Assembly: GCA_903884005.1 (NCBI GenBank)
Contig: CAISDA010000006.1
Span: 145,644 to 209,643 of the forward strand
Direction: 5' to 3'
Origin: an uncultured Ignavibacteriota bacterium
GTDB lineage: Bacteria > Bacteroidota > Ignavibacteria > UBA10030 > UBA8401
DNA: 64,000 bases
Position 1 is the first letter of the stretch; every line of letters begins with the position of its first letter. The notes beneath the pieces were generated by a model. That model was not told the DNA's origin. It worked only from the letters and a program-made list of their open reading frames with translations, and did not search any database. Position numbers and translations under genes: made by a program. Below are positions 50,394-59,771 of the stretch, one piece after another.

Positions 50394-51493
50394 ACGTGTG
50401 TGCCTGATAATTTTTTATACAAAATTTCCGCGATCCGTTCCGAGGCGAGTCCATCCCACAGTTCGGGTATTGTTCCGTGTACCGCTTTTCCGTTGACGAT
50501 CTCATCGACCATGGCGGCGACGTCGTCGAAGCGGTCGCCCATCAGCGTATTGGTGCCCTCGGTGACGGTGACGGGACGTTCGGTGTTCGTCCGCAATGTG
50601 ATGCAGGGAACGCCAAGATACGTCGCCTCTTCCTGTATGCCTCCCGAATCGGTGACAATGCATGCGGCATGCTCGCACAGGGTGATGAACTCTCCATATC
50701 CCAGAGGCTCCGTCACGAGGCATTGTTCGGGCAACACTTCCAGAAGCCCGAACGACTGCAGCATTTTTTTGGTGCGCGGGTGCATGGGAAACACGACCGG
50801 AATTTTAAGGGCGAGCGCGGTGAGCAGTGTCATAAGGCGTCCAAGGCTCTCGCGAGTATCCACGTTGCCCGGCCGGTGCATCGTGGTGAGCACATAGCCG
50901 CTCTTGTTCAGTCCGAGACGCTCCAACACGGGCGGAGCGGGCTTCCGCGTGCGGAACAACACCAGTGTATCGATCATCACATTGCCCACAAAAAATACCT
51001 TGTCGTCCGCGGCGCCCTCGCGCTTCAGGTTCTGTACGCCGCTCGGTTCGGAAACGAACAGCCAGTCGGCGACGGCGTCGGTGACGAGCCGGTTGATTTC
51101 CTCGGGCATCGTTCGGTCGAAGCTTCTGAGTCCCGCCTCGACGTGCGCCACGGGCACTCCCGCCTTCGCACAGACGATCGAACATGCCAGCGTCGAATTG
51201 ACATCGCCGACCACGATCACGGCGTCGGGCCGGACGTCAGCAAGCACGCGCTCGAACGCCGTCATGACCTTTGCGGTCTGTTCCGCGTGCGAACCGGACC
51301 CCACGCCGAGGAATATATCAGGCTCGGGAATCTCGAGGTCGCGAAAAAACACGTCGGACATCGCCGCGTCATAATGCTGTCCGGTATGCACGATCATGTG
51401 GCGCACATCGCCATACTGCTTGAACGCCCGCGCAATCGGTGCGACCTTCATGAAATTCGGCCTGGCGCCGACAACGCTGATGATAGTGATCAC
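50390..51493 (-). CDS. wecB: UDP-N-acetylglucosamine 2-epimerase (non-hydrolysing)
   Basis: GARPNFMK, HTGQHYD, HVEAGLRS, PEEINR, TDSGGIQEE, TERP. Confidence 0.96.
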   Translation of the reverse strand: MITIISVVGARPNFMKVAPIARAFKQYGDVRHMIVHTGQHYDAAMSDVFFRDLEIPEPDIFLGVGSGSHAEQTAKVMTAFERVLADVRPDAVIVVGDVNSTLACSIVCAKAGVPVAHVEAGLRSFDRTMPEEINRLVTDAVADWLFVSEPSGVQNLKREGAADDKVFFVGNVMIDTLVLFRTRKPAPPVLERLGLNKSGYVLTTMHRPGNVDTRESLGRLMTLLTALALKIPVVFPMHPRTKKMLQSFGLLEVLPEQCLVTEPLGYGEFITLCEHAACIVTDSGGIQEEATYLGVPCITLRTNTERPVTVTEGTNTLMGDRFDDVAAMVDEIVNGKAVHGTIPELWDGLASERIAEILYKKLSGTHV

Positions 51494-51518
51494 TGAATTA
51501 ACCCGTGTGACTGGAATA

Positions 51519-52550
51519 TTAGTGCCGCGCGTCGTGAAGGCGATCGGCATACATTGTTTCAAAATATTTTTGATAATCGCCCGAGAGGATGCGTTCCCAC
51601 CATGTGCGGTTCTCAAGATACCACTCGATCGTCTGCTGCATGCCGGCTTCGAACGTGTACGAGGGTATCCATCCCAATTCGCGCTCCATCTTTCCGGCAT
51701 CGATCGCATAGCGCAGATCGTGTCCGGGACGGTCCTTCACATAGGCAATGAGCGATTCGGGCTTGCCGAGCACGTCGAGGATGAGTTTCACGATCTCGAT
51801 ATTGGTCTTTTCGTTGTTCCCACCGATGTTATAAACGCCGCCCGGCGCCCCGTTGTGGAGCACGCAATCCAGCGCCGCACAGTGATCGCGGACGTGGAGC
51901 CAGTCGCGCACGTTCAATCCGTTGCCGTAGACCGGCAGCGGTTTGTCGTTCAGGGCATTGGCGATCATGAGAGGGATCAATTTTTCGGGAAACTGATACG
52001 GCCCGTAATTGTTCGAGCAGCGCGTCACGACGCCCGGAAAGCCGAATGTGTGCTGATAGGCCAGCACGAGCAGATCGGATGACGCCTTGCTTGCAGAATA
52101 CGGGCTGTTCGGATGAAGCGGCGTCGATTCGGTGAACAATCCCTCGGCGCCGAGCGAACCATACACTTCATCGGTCGAAACATGAAGGAATTTTTCGACA
52201 CCGAATTTTCTCGCGGCTTCGAGCATCACATTCGTGCCGACAATGTTCGTATCGATAAAAATGGACGGGCCGGTGATGCTCCGATCGACGTGCGACTCGG
52301 CCGCAAAGTGAACAACGGCATCGATGCCATGCGCCTGGAACACATCGTCCACCGCCGCGCGGTCGCAGATCGATCCCCTGACGAAACGATAACGCGGATC
52401 ATGCTCGATGGATGTAAGATTTTCGAGGTTGCCGGCGTATGTCAACGCATCGAAGTTGATGATGGCGTAGTCGGGATGATGATCGAGCATGAAACGCACG
52501 AAATTGCTGCCGATGAATCCGGCACCGCCGGTCACGAGGATGTTTTTCAT
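51519..52550 (-). CDS. rfbB: dTDP-glucose 4,6-dehydratase
   Basis: [48 protein letters not shown]. Confidence 0.97.
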   Translation of the reverse strand: MKNILVTGGAGFIGSNFVRFMLDHHPDYAIINFDALTYAGNLENLTSIEHDPRYRFVRGSICDRAAVDDVFQAHGIDAVVHFAAESHVDRSITGPSIFIDTNIVGTNVMLEAARKFGVEKFLHVSTDEVYGSLGAEGLFTESTPLHPNSPYSASKASSDLLVLAYQHTFGFPGVVTRCSNNYGPYQFPEKLIPLMIANALNDKPLPVYGNGLNVRDWLHVRDHCAALDCVLHNGAPGGVYNIGGNNEKTNIEIVKLILDVLGKPESLIAYVKDRPGHDLRYAIDAGKMERELGWIPSYTFEAGMQQTIEWYLENRTWWERILSGDYQKYFETMYADRLHDARH

Positions 52551-52581
52551 GGAGTGGTCGCTGAAATTTATGAGAAAAAAT

Positions 52582-52610
52582 AAATTACAAAATTGTGCGT
52601 GCAAAAGCAA
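52582..52610 (-). promoter_or_regulatory. sigma70 promoter at the head of the glycan cluster
   Basis: TTGCTT-17 nt-TAATTT. Confidence 0.6.
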
Positions 52611-52688
52611 CGCCAGAACGGCGTAAGTTTCCGATTTTTCAACAAATTAGGGCATTTCGAGGACCGTGTGGCTGCGATCGGGTCATGA

Positions 52689-52753
52689 ATGGCGAGCTGT
52701 TAGCTCGCCTGCAGAATTCCGTTTTTTGTAGGGCAAGCTGTTAGCTCGCCCAT
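52689..52753. repeat. Pair of GTAG-type REP-like palindromes
   Basis: GGCGAGCT-GTT-AGCTCGCC-TGC and GTAGGGCAAGCT-GTT-AGCTCGCCC. Confidence 0.75.
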
Positions 52754-52847
52754 GCAAACATCCAATGAATTTTATAACGTAGAAATTATGCGGTAGCAAT
52801 TCGGGGCAGGGTGGCGATTTCCTTTCGTGGATGAATAGTTTCTATTT

Positions 52848-54497
52848 TTACATTTTTTCGGGAGCGTGCACATTGAGCACAGCGCATCCGTTGCCGATCA
52901 CCGTCTTTGCCATCAGGCACAGGGCGACACGGGACTGCATGAGCGTCTTATCCTCGCTGATCACACGGTGTTCGTGATAGAACCGGTGGAACGCTTCGGC
53001 CACCTCGCGCAAATACAGCGTCAGCCGGTGAGGTTCGTACGACTCCGCACAATTTTTCAGCGCCGCCGGAAAGTCGGCGAGCAATTTCAACAGGTCCAGT
53101 TCCTCTTTCGAGGACAACAGTGTCAGGTTCGTTGTTTCGGCAAACCGTTTCGAGTCCGAAAGGTCGAATCCCGCTTCGGCCGCAAAACGAAGGATGCTGG
53201 CGATGCGCGCATGCGCGTATTGAAGATAATACACCGGATTTGAATCGGATTGCTGTTTTGCAAGATCGATGTCGAAGTCCAACTGCGTGTTCGCTCCGCG
53301 CATGACGAAGAAGTAATGCACCGCATCCACGCCGACTTCGGCGATGAGGTCATCGAGCGTGTAGCCGTTCGCATCGCGCTTCGACATTTTGACGATGGCG
53401 CCGCCCTTCAGGAATGCCACCATTTGATGGATGATGACCTTCACATTGTCCGTTGAATATCCGAGCGCACGCACGCCGGCCAACACGTCGGGAATTGTCG
53501 CAATATGATCGGCGCCGAAGATGTCGATGACAAGCTCGAACCCGCGCCGGAATTTTTCGCGGTGATAGGCGATGTCCGGCAGGCGATATGTCGGTTCCCC
53601 GGTGCTCTTGACGATCACACGGTCGGATTCCAGGCCGAGCGCCGTGGCACGAAACCACACCGCGCCTTCGGCTTCGTATGCCAGATCGCGTTTTTTGAAT
53701 TCTTCGACGACCTCGGTGATTTTCCCGGTCTTGTAGAGCGAATCTTCGTTATAAAACACGTCGTGTTTCACACCGAGCGTGGCGAGCGTTTTTTTGATCG
53801 CGTCAAAACACCACTGCTCGCCGTGCTTCGTGAACAATTCCTTGTCGTCGTCCGGGGCGCGCTTGCTGTCGCCGAATTCTTCGACGATCGTATGGGCGAT
53901 GCCCTTGATATAATCGCCCTGATATCCGTTTTCCGGCATCAGGTACTCGTCGCCGAGTTCCTGGCGATAACGGGCATACACGCTTTCGCCGAGGTTCCGC
54001 ATCTGATTGCCGGCATTGTTGAAATAATATTCGCGCGTCACGTCGAAGCCCGTCCACTCCAGGATGTTCGCCAATGCTGCGCCGAGGATCACCTGCCGTC
54101 CGTGACCCGCATGAAGCGGCCCGGTCGGATTTGCGCTCACCCATTCGATGTTCGTCTTGCGCTTCGCGCCGAAGGCGGACCTTCCAAACGTCGGCCCTTC
54201 CACTAAAATTTTCTTAGCATTGTCGAAGACGGCCGTTTCGGCGAATCGGAAATTGATGAATCCCGGCCCCGCAATATCAACCGCGGCGATGCGCGCGGCG
54301 TCAAGTTTCAGCACATCGACGATGGCCTGCGCCACCTGGCGCGGATTGGCTCCGACCTGTTTGGCCAGCATCAACGCACAATTAGTGGTGAGGTCGCCGT
54401 GCGCGGCTACTTTGGGTTTGTCGAAGATGAGATCGACGGCTGGGTACGACAACGCCTGGAGCGCCGATGTCAGTTCGGCCCGGAGGTAATCTTTCAT
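52848..54497 (-). CDS. argS: Arginine--tRNA ligase
   Basis: SANPTGPLHAGHGR, GADH, KMSKR, YLQYAHAR, APEKM. Confidence 0.98.
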   Translation of the reverse strand: MKDYLRAELTSALQALSYPAVDLIFDKPKVAAHGDLTTNCALMLAKQVGANPRQVAQAIVDVLKLDAARIAAVDIAGPGFINFRFAETAVFDNAKKILVEGPTFGRSAFGAKRKTNIEWVSANPTGPLHAGHGRQVILGAALANILEWTGFDVTREYYFNNAGNQMRNLGESVYARYRQELGDEYLMPENGYQGDYIKGIAHTIVEEFGDSKRAPDDDKELFTKHGEQWCFDAIKKTLATLGVKHDVFYNEDSLYKTGKITEVVEEFKKRDLAYEAEGAVWFRATALGLESDRVIVKSTGEPTYRLPDIAYHREKFRRGFELVIDIFGADHIATIPDVLAGVRALGYSTDNVKVIIHQMVAFLKGGAIVKMSKRDANGYTLDDLIAEVGVDAVHYFFVMRGANTQLDFDIDLAKQQSDSNPVYYLQYAHARIASILRFAAEAGFDLSDSKRFAETTNLTLLSSKEELDLLKLLADFPAALKNCAESYEPHRLTLYLREVAEAFHRFYHEHRVISEDKTLMQSRVALCLMAKTVIGNGCAVLNVHAPEKM

Positions 54498-55027
54498 GCT
54501 TTGGCTGCTGCTTTCTTTTTCGTTGTTCCAACCCCGGTCTTCTTTGCCCGGAGGACGGCAGCCGTCTTCTTTGCTTTCTTTTCGGCTGCGGTCTTCTTCG
54601 CTTTTATAGCGGCCGGCTTTTTTGCTGCGGCTGCACCTGCAGTTGCCGCTTTTTTGCGGACCGCGGGTTTTTTCACCGGTTCCTCATCGGAGACATGTTC
54701 GATCTTCGCATCGCCCCACAATTTTTCGAGATTGTAGAATTCGCGCGTCTGCTTGTGAAACACATGCACAACCACGTCCACAAAATCGAGCAATATCCAC
54801 GAGGCGTCCGAATATCCTTCGTTCTTGTAGACGCTCTCGCCTACTTCACGGGCGCCGTCACGGACGGAGTCTGCAATGGCCTTCACCTGCGTATCCGAAT
54901 CCGCCGAGCAGACGACAAAATAATCCGTCATCGTGGTGAGCTTCCGAAGGTCCATGATGACAATATCGTCCGCTTTCTTTTCGAGTGCTGAGAGTGCTAT
55001 TTTTTTTGCCAGTGCTTTTGATGTCAC
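54494..55027 (-). CDS. rsfS: Ribosomal silencing factor with a Lys/Ala-rich C-terminal extension
   Basis: KKADDI, DYFVVCS, WILLDFVDVVVHVF, FYNLEKLW. Confidence 0.95.
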   Translation of the reverse strand: MTSKALAKKIALSALEKKADDIVIMDLRKLTTMTDYFVVCSADSDTQVKAIADSVRDGAREVGESVYKNEGYSDASWILLDFVDVVVHVFHKQTREFYNLEKLWGDAKIEHVSDEEPVKKPAVRKKAATAGAAAAKKPAAIKAKKTAAEKKAKKTAAVLRAKKTGVGTTKKKAAAKA

Positions 55028-55034
55028 GAAGACC

Positions 55035-55514
55035 TCATTCCTTTATTTGATGGATCCATGGGTGAAGGCGCCTGTAATCTTTTCCGATCACGATGGACGC
55101 CGTCACAAAATAATCACGGCTGATTTCCTGCACGATATTTGTCGGATCGATGCCGAGACGGTCAGCCAGCAAGCGTGCCGCCTCAGGCTTGCCGCTGCGA
55201 TCGATCACCAGCGATTCATCCTGATTGAAATTTTTGTAATTTTTCATTTCCACGACATCGTACCCCAGCGAGCGCGCATATTCGGTCACTGTCTGTCCCA
55301 CGCCCGATGCGCCGCACCCGTTGATGACGTCTATCTGCATTCCTCCGTTGACGCGAATGCTGTCGCGCTGGTGCGCCGGAGGAAGGGTTTGGTGGTGTTC
55401 CCTGCCGGTATAGATGCCGTATGCCTCGTAGAGGATGAGAGCACCGAGCACTGCAATGACGCCGTTCAACAACAGCGGACGCCGGCGTCCCCGATGTGCC
55501 TGTTCGATTGTCAT
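55035..55514 (-). CDS. Membrane-anchored LytR C-terminal-domain protein
   Basis: N-terminal TM, VINGCGASGVG, IVIGKDY. Confidence 0.85.
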   Translation of the reverse strand: MTIEQAHRGRRRPLLLNGVIAVLGALILYEAYGIYTGREHHQTLPPAHQRDSIRVNGGMQIDVINGCGASGVGQTVTEYARSLGYDVVEMKNYKNFNQDESLVIDRSGKPEAARLLADRLGIDPTNIVQEISRDYFVTASIVIGKDYRRLHPWIHQIKE

Positions 55515-55614
55515 GCACCATAACAATAAACCGAATAGGCCGAAATCGATCGGCGTATTCGGTTGCATGGTTGCGTCACATTCGTGGAACTGGGGTCGGT
55601 GAAAAACAAAGTGC

Positions 55615-56109
55615 TCAATATCCTTCTAAATTATACCCGGAAGCCCCCATCATGAACGGAGAATTGTATCCGTAATAATAGGGTACCTGGCGGAATGAGA
55701 CGCGGAGGAATGTATTTTCCGACGGCCTGTAATTAATTTCAGCCCGGTCCAGGAATATACCGGTCAGACTGTTTTGTATCCCCTTGTCGAACGTGCTGTA
55801 GGGGGACTGCTGCAGCGAGACAGCCACATGCGCATCGAGCTTATCCGAAAATTTGTATTCCATGCTGTTCGTATACCGGCCCAGGGCGATTCCCTGCGAA
55901 CCGAATGCCGAATAGCTCATGGAATAGCTGTGATGCATGGTAAAATTTTCGGGGTTGAAAAATCCAAGCCACGCTTCGGATGTCGGCGGATGGACGAACG
56001 ATTCCGCGGCGCTGGGCTCATCGACCGGTCGCTGCCGGAATTGTGCATCCGCACGAACTGCCAAACAGGCCGCAATGATGAAAAAGGAAGCACATAATGT
56101 CGTTTTCAT
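55615..56109 (-). CDS. Hypothetical exported, beta-strand/aromatic-rich protein
   Basis: Signal peptide ending ADA-Q, SD GAGG, and its own promoter. Confidence 0.7.
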   Translation of the reverse strand: MKTTLCASFFIIAACLAVRADAQFRQRPVDEPSAAESFVHPPTSEAWLGFFNPENFTMHHSYSMSYSAFGSQGIALGRYTNSMEYKFSDKLDAHVAVSLQQSPYSTFDKGIQNSLTGIFLDRAEINYRPSENTFLRVSFRQVPYYYGYNSPFMMGASGYNLEGY

Positions 56110-56135
56110 ACATCCCTCACATACTCTGCATACTT

Positions 56136-56165
56136 AAATTAAAAAAAAAGGAAGCTCTTTGTCAA
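56136..56165 (-). promoter_or_regulatory. sigma70 promoter
   Basis: TTGACA-18 nt-TAATTT. Confidence 0.55.
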
Positions 56166-56175
56166 GTGAGCGCTC

Positions 56176-56928
56176 CTACTTCCCTCGCGCGATCATGACC
56201 GATTCGGCATCCAGCAGCTGATCGATCGTATTGATGCCCCGGATTTCGTTGTGATCGGCCGCCTTGACAGCCGCAACCGGCAGGGCATGCGACCAATAGT
56301 ACTGAAAGACATCCGTTAAATAATATTCGTTCTGCGAGTTGTGCGGCGTGATGTGGCCGAGCGCCTCATACAAATTCCCGCTGTCGAACAGATAAATGCC
56401 CGAATTGATTTCGCGAACCTTCAGCTGTTCGGCCGATGCATCCCGGTGTTCCACGATCGCTTCGACAAATCCATTTTCATTCCGTAAGACCCGGCCGTAA
56501 CCCGTCGGGTCGTCCACATCGGCTGTCAGGATCGTGGCGACAGCCTTGGTGGACTGATGGTGTTCAATGAGTCCCTCGATCGTCGATTCCTGAAGCAGGG
56601 GTACATCGCCGGAGAGGATGAGCACATCGCCGTCGTAGGAATGCAGGAGCGGCTCTGTCTGTATGATGGCATGTCCGGTGCCCAATTGCGGTTCCTGCAC
56701 GGCAAATTCAACGGCAGGCGCAACTTTCGCCACATGTTGCTCCACCGATGCGCGCATGAATCCGACGATAACAATGACGCGTGTCGAGTGAATATCGTAT
56801 GCCAGCCGGACAACATGCTCGATCATGGGGATCTCACACACTTCGAACATGACTTTGGCCTTCTCCGCATTCTTCATGCGTGTGCCCTTGCCCGCGGCCA
56901 TAATGATCGTCGCCAGTTTTCGTTCCAT
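56176..56928 (-). CDS. Sugar-phosphate nucleotidyltransferase (GlmU N-terminal domain only)
   Basis: MAAGKGTRMK, QLGTGHA, GDVPL, PTGYGRV, EINSG, EYYLTD. Ends before any hexapeptide domain. Confidence 0.9.
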   Translation of the reverse strand: MERKLATIIMAAGKGTRMKNAEKAKVMFEVCEIPMIEHVVRLAYDIHSTRVIVIVGFMRASVEQHVAKVAPAVEFAVQEPQLGTGHAIIQTEPLLHSYDGDVLILSGDVPLLQESTIEGLIEHHQSTKAVATILTADVDDPTGYGRVLRNENGFVEAIVEHRDASAEQLKVREINSGIYLFDSGNLYEALGHITPHNSQNEYYLTDVFQYYWSHALPVAAVKAADHNEIRGINTIDQLLDAESVMIARGK

Positions 56929-56984
56929 TGCCCCCTCCATCCATTAAGACGTTGAAAAAGATGTGATGGTTCCCGCAGTGCACC

Positions 56985-57848
56985 TTACGAATGAAGCGGC
57001 ACGGTCACGCGAGTGTTATCGATCAGTCGAGTGGCGCCGAAGCGCACCGCAAGCGGTATCAGCACCTGCATTCCCGGCTTGAGCGTTTCCAGCAGGTCCA
57101 GGGTGAGAGCATCGACGACCGAAATATAATCGATCGCGACATTCGGCTTCGACGTGACCATCTGCGTCATGGCGCCGACAATTTTCTGCGACGTACGTTC
57201 ACCGCTTGCAATCATCTCTTCGGCTTTACACAGCGCCTGGAAGAGGACGACGGCATCGGCGCGTTCGCGTTGGCTCAAATAAATATTGCGCGAACTTTTT
57301 GCGAGTCCGTCCGTTTCACGCACCGTGGGAACAACCACGATCTGGGTTGCGAAATGCAGATCGCGCACCATCTGTTGTATCACGATGCTCTGCTGGGCGT
57401 CTTTCTGTCCGAAATACGCCTTCTGCGGATGGACGATCAACAGCAGCATCGCCACAACCGTGGTGACGCCCTTAAAGTGCGTCGGCCGGAATGTCCCTTC
57501 AAGCACGGACGAAAGATTTTCAACCTGCACGTACGTCGAAAAGTGTTCCGGATACATCTCCGGCGATTCAGGCGTAAAGAAGTAATCGCAGCCGGCCTCG
57601 TCTGCGACGTGCATGTCGTGGTCGAGACTGCGGGGATAGCGTGAAAAATCTTCCGTCGGAGCAAATTGCGCGGGATTGACGAAGACCGATACCACGACGC
57701 AGTCGCATTCTTGCCGCGCCCGGCGGATGAGGGCTGCGTGCCCCTCGTGAAGATATCCCATGGTGGGAACAAACCCGATACGTTTTCCCAGCAGACGCAC
57801 TGCTTCGCAGGTGTCCTGCATTTCCGCAATTGAAGAAATAATTTTCAT
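56985..57848 (-). CDS. panC: Pantoate--beta-alanine ligase
   Basis: VPTMGYLHEGH, VNPAQF, RPTHFKGV, FGQKDAQQ, SSRN, RLIDN. Confidence 0.97.
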   Translation of the reverse strand: MKIISSIAEMQDTCEAVRLLGKRIGFVPTMGYLHEGHAALIRRARQECDCVVVSVFVNPAQFAPTEDFSRYPRSLDHDMHVADEAGCDYFFTPESPEMYPEHFSTYVQVENLSSVLEGTFRPTHFKGVTTVVAMLLLIVHPQKAYFGQKDAQQSIVIQQMVRDLHFATQIVVVPTVRETDGLAKSSRNIYLSQRERADAVVLFQALCKAEEMIASGERTSQKIVGAMTQMVTSKPNVAIDYISVVDALTLDLLETLKPGMQVLIPLAVRFGATRLIDNTRVTVPLHS

Positions 57849-57930
57849 GCTTCCCTTAAAATTTTCCTCAACCGCTCTGTGTCGTTCCGGCCCGGGCCGC
57901 ACCCTGTCGGAGGTGCCGGGCACATCAGTC

Positions 57931-58770
57931 TCAAGCGCACATCATCCCCAGCAGAGACGAGATCGTTCCTTTTAATTCTTTTCGCGGCACGACTATATCG
58001 ACAAATCCTTTTTCCTGCACGAACTCCGCCTTTTGAAATCCTTCGGGCAGGTCTTTTCCGATGGTTTGTTTGATCACGCGCGGCCCCGCAAAGCCGATGA
58101 GCGCGCCGGGTTCGGCGATGTTAACGTCGCCCAGCATTGCAAAACTCGCCGTGACGCCGCCGGTTGTGGGGTCTGTCATCAGCGAAATATACGGCAGTCC
58201 TTTGCGCGACAGCTGCGCAAGCTTCGCGCTCGTTTTGGCCATCTGCATGAGCGAGTAGGCGGCTTCCATCATGCGCGCCCCGCCGCTGGCCGAGATGATG
58301 ATGAGCGGCGCTTTGAGCCTGATAGCTTTGTCCACGGCCCGCGCGATTTTTTCGCCGACCACTGAACCCATGCTGCCGCCGATGAAACTGAAATCCATGC
58401 AGGCGATGACGACGCTCCGCTTGTTCATCATGCCGACGCCGGTGCGAATGGCATCCTGCAGTTCTGTTTTCCGGATCGATTCCTTTATCCGGTCCTTATA
58501 CGGCTTCGTGTCCACGAACCCGAGCGGGTCCTTCGACGTTAATTTCTTGTCCATCTCCTTGAACGAACCGTCGTCCGTGAGAATGGCGATATACGTCTTG
58601 CTGGAGATGCGGAAATGATACCCGCACTTCTGGCAGACCCAGAGATTTTGTTCGAGCGCGGGCTTGTGAATGATCTCGCCGCACTCGTCACACTTCGCCC
58701 ATAACCCTTCAGGGAGATCCTTTTTCTGTGACCCTGAAATATTTTCTTTCGATCGTCGAAACCACGCCAT
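57931..58770 (-). CDS. accD: Acetyl-CoA carboxylase carboxyltransferase beta subunit
   Basis: C4 zinc finger, [35 protein letters not shown]. Confidence 0.98.
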   Translation of the reverse strand: MAWFRRSKENISGSQKKDLPEGLWAKCDECGEIIHKPALEQNLWVCQKCGYHFRISSKTYIAILTDDGSFKEMDKKLTSKDPLGFVDTKPYKDRIKESIRKTELQDAIRTGVGMMNKRSVVIACMDFSFIGGSMGSVVGEKIARAVDKAIRLKAPLIIISASGGARMMEAAYSLMQMAKTSAKLAQLSRKGLPYISLMTDPTTGGVTASFAMLGDVNIAEPGALIGFAGPRVIKQTIGKDLPEGFQKAEFVQEKGFVDIVVPRKELKGTISSLLGMMCA

Positions 58771-58796
58771 GCATTATCCTTTCGCTACATGCCAAT

Positions 58797-58825
58797 AAGT
58801 TACGTAATCGCAATTTGATTTGCAA
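58797..58825 (-). promoter_or_regulatory. Possible sigma70 promoter for accD inside the tsaB 3' end
   Basis: TTGCAA-17 nt-TAACTT. Confidence 0.5.
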
Positions 58826-59564
58826 TGCGCGGCATTGTTGTGACAAAATCCCGGATGTAGACCGGTTCCAATTCCGAATAATCCGGGACCACCAAACTGG
58901 CGAACCGGTGCTCCGCCAGCAGTCCGACTGCGACGGGGCTGCACAGGATGGCAGGGTGCGCGGCGTTCAGCGGCATGCCATCGCGTTCGGCGGCGATCTT
59001 CGCCGCCCCGTCTCCCGCAACAAGGACGGCCATGCCGGCCGGAAATTGCGCCGCAATAACGGACACAGAGGCTATTGCGTGGGGGCTGGTGCACCGCACG
59101 GCATCCGGAGACGGCTCCGAGGCTCCATCCCACGCACGATGCTGAAATTCGTAGAATGCGTAATATGCTTCGTCCCTTTTTGCGTCGATCGCCGCGCACA
59201 CGACCTGGGCAGCGGGAACAGCGCCCGACTCCTTCCGGGCGCGCACGGCGATGCGAAGCGCCTCGTAGGCAATGGCGTCGAGCGTCGGCACGGCCGCCAG
59301 CGGAAGCGACCGGGCATAGGCCAGGCCTTTTGCCACGCTCAATCCGATGCGCAATCCGGTGAACGATCCGGGGCCGATCGAGACGGCAATGCCGTCGAGC
59401 GCGCTCAAGGCAACGCCCGCCTCGCGCAGCACTTCGTCCACGAGCACCATGAGGCGTTCCGAATGGATGTTCTTCTGCGCCACGCTCTTCTGCGCGATGC
59501 ACGACTGCTTGTGCACGAGCGCGACGCCGCACACCTCGGTGGCTGTTTCAATTGATACGATCAT
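58800..59564 (-). CDS. tsaB: t6A biosynthesis protein TsaB
   Basis: IETAT, HSERL, GPGSFTGLRIG, IDAKRDE, EPVYIR. Confidence 0.95.
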   Translation of the reverse strand: MIVSIETATEVCGVALVHKQSCIAQKSVAQKNIHSERLMVLVDEVLREAGVALSALDGIAVSIGPGSFTGLRIGLSVAKGLAYARSLPLAAVPTLDAIAYEALRIAVRARKESGAVPAAQVVCAAIDAKRDEAYYAFYEFQHRAWDGASEPSPDAVRCTSPHAIASVSVIAAQFPAGMAVLVAGDGAAKIAAERDGMPLNAAHPAILCSPVAVGLLAEHRFASLVVPDYSELEPVYIRDFVTTMPRIANQIAIT

Positions 59565-59608
59565 TGTCCCTGTTCTTTTTTTTTTGCACTCACCATACCC
59601 TGCAGTCC

Positions 59609-59759
59609 CTGTCATTCTAAGGGAGCTCGAGCGACCGAAGAATCTCGCCGGCTACTCATACGATGCAAGATTCTTCGCTTGCGCTCAGAATGACAGAGTA
59701 CTTATGTCATATGCAGGAAGATTCTTGACGTAGTCAAGATGAATTTCTCAGAATGACAG
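59609..59759. repeat. CTGTCATTCT...AGAATGACAG palindromic element, copy 2 (inverted relative to copy 1)
   Basis: 88-bp core at 59609-59696. 33 bp (59665-59697) are identical to the reverse complement of copy 1. A third AGAATGACAG lies at 59750-59759. Confidence 0.85.
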
Positions 59760-59771
59760 TGTACTTCGGTC

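Noticed and set aside
57865-57925. GC-rich hairpin upstream of panC considered as a pan RNA motif
   Set aside because: I could not match the motif's features. It is probably an ordinary intercistronic hairpin.
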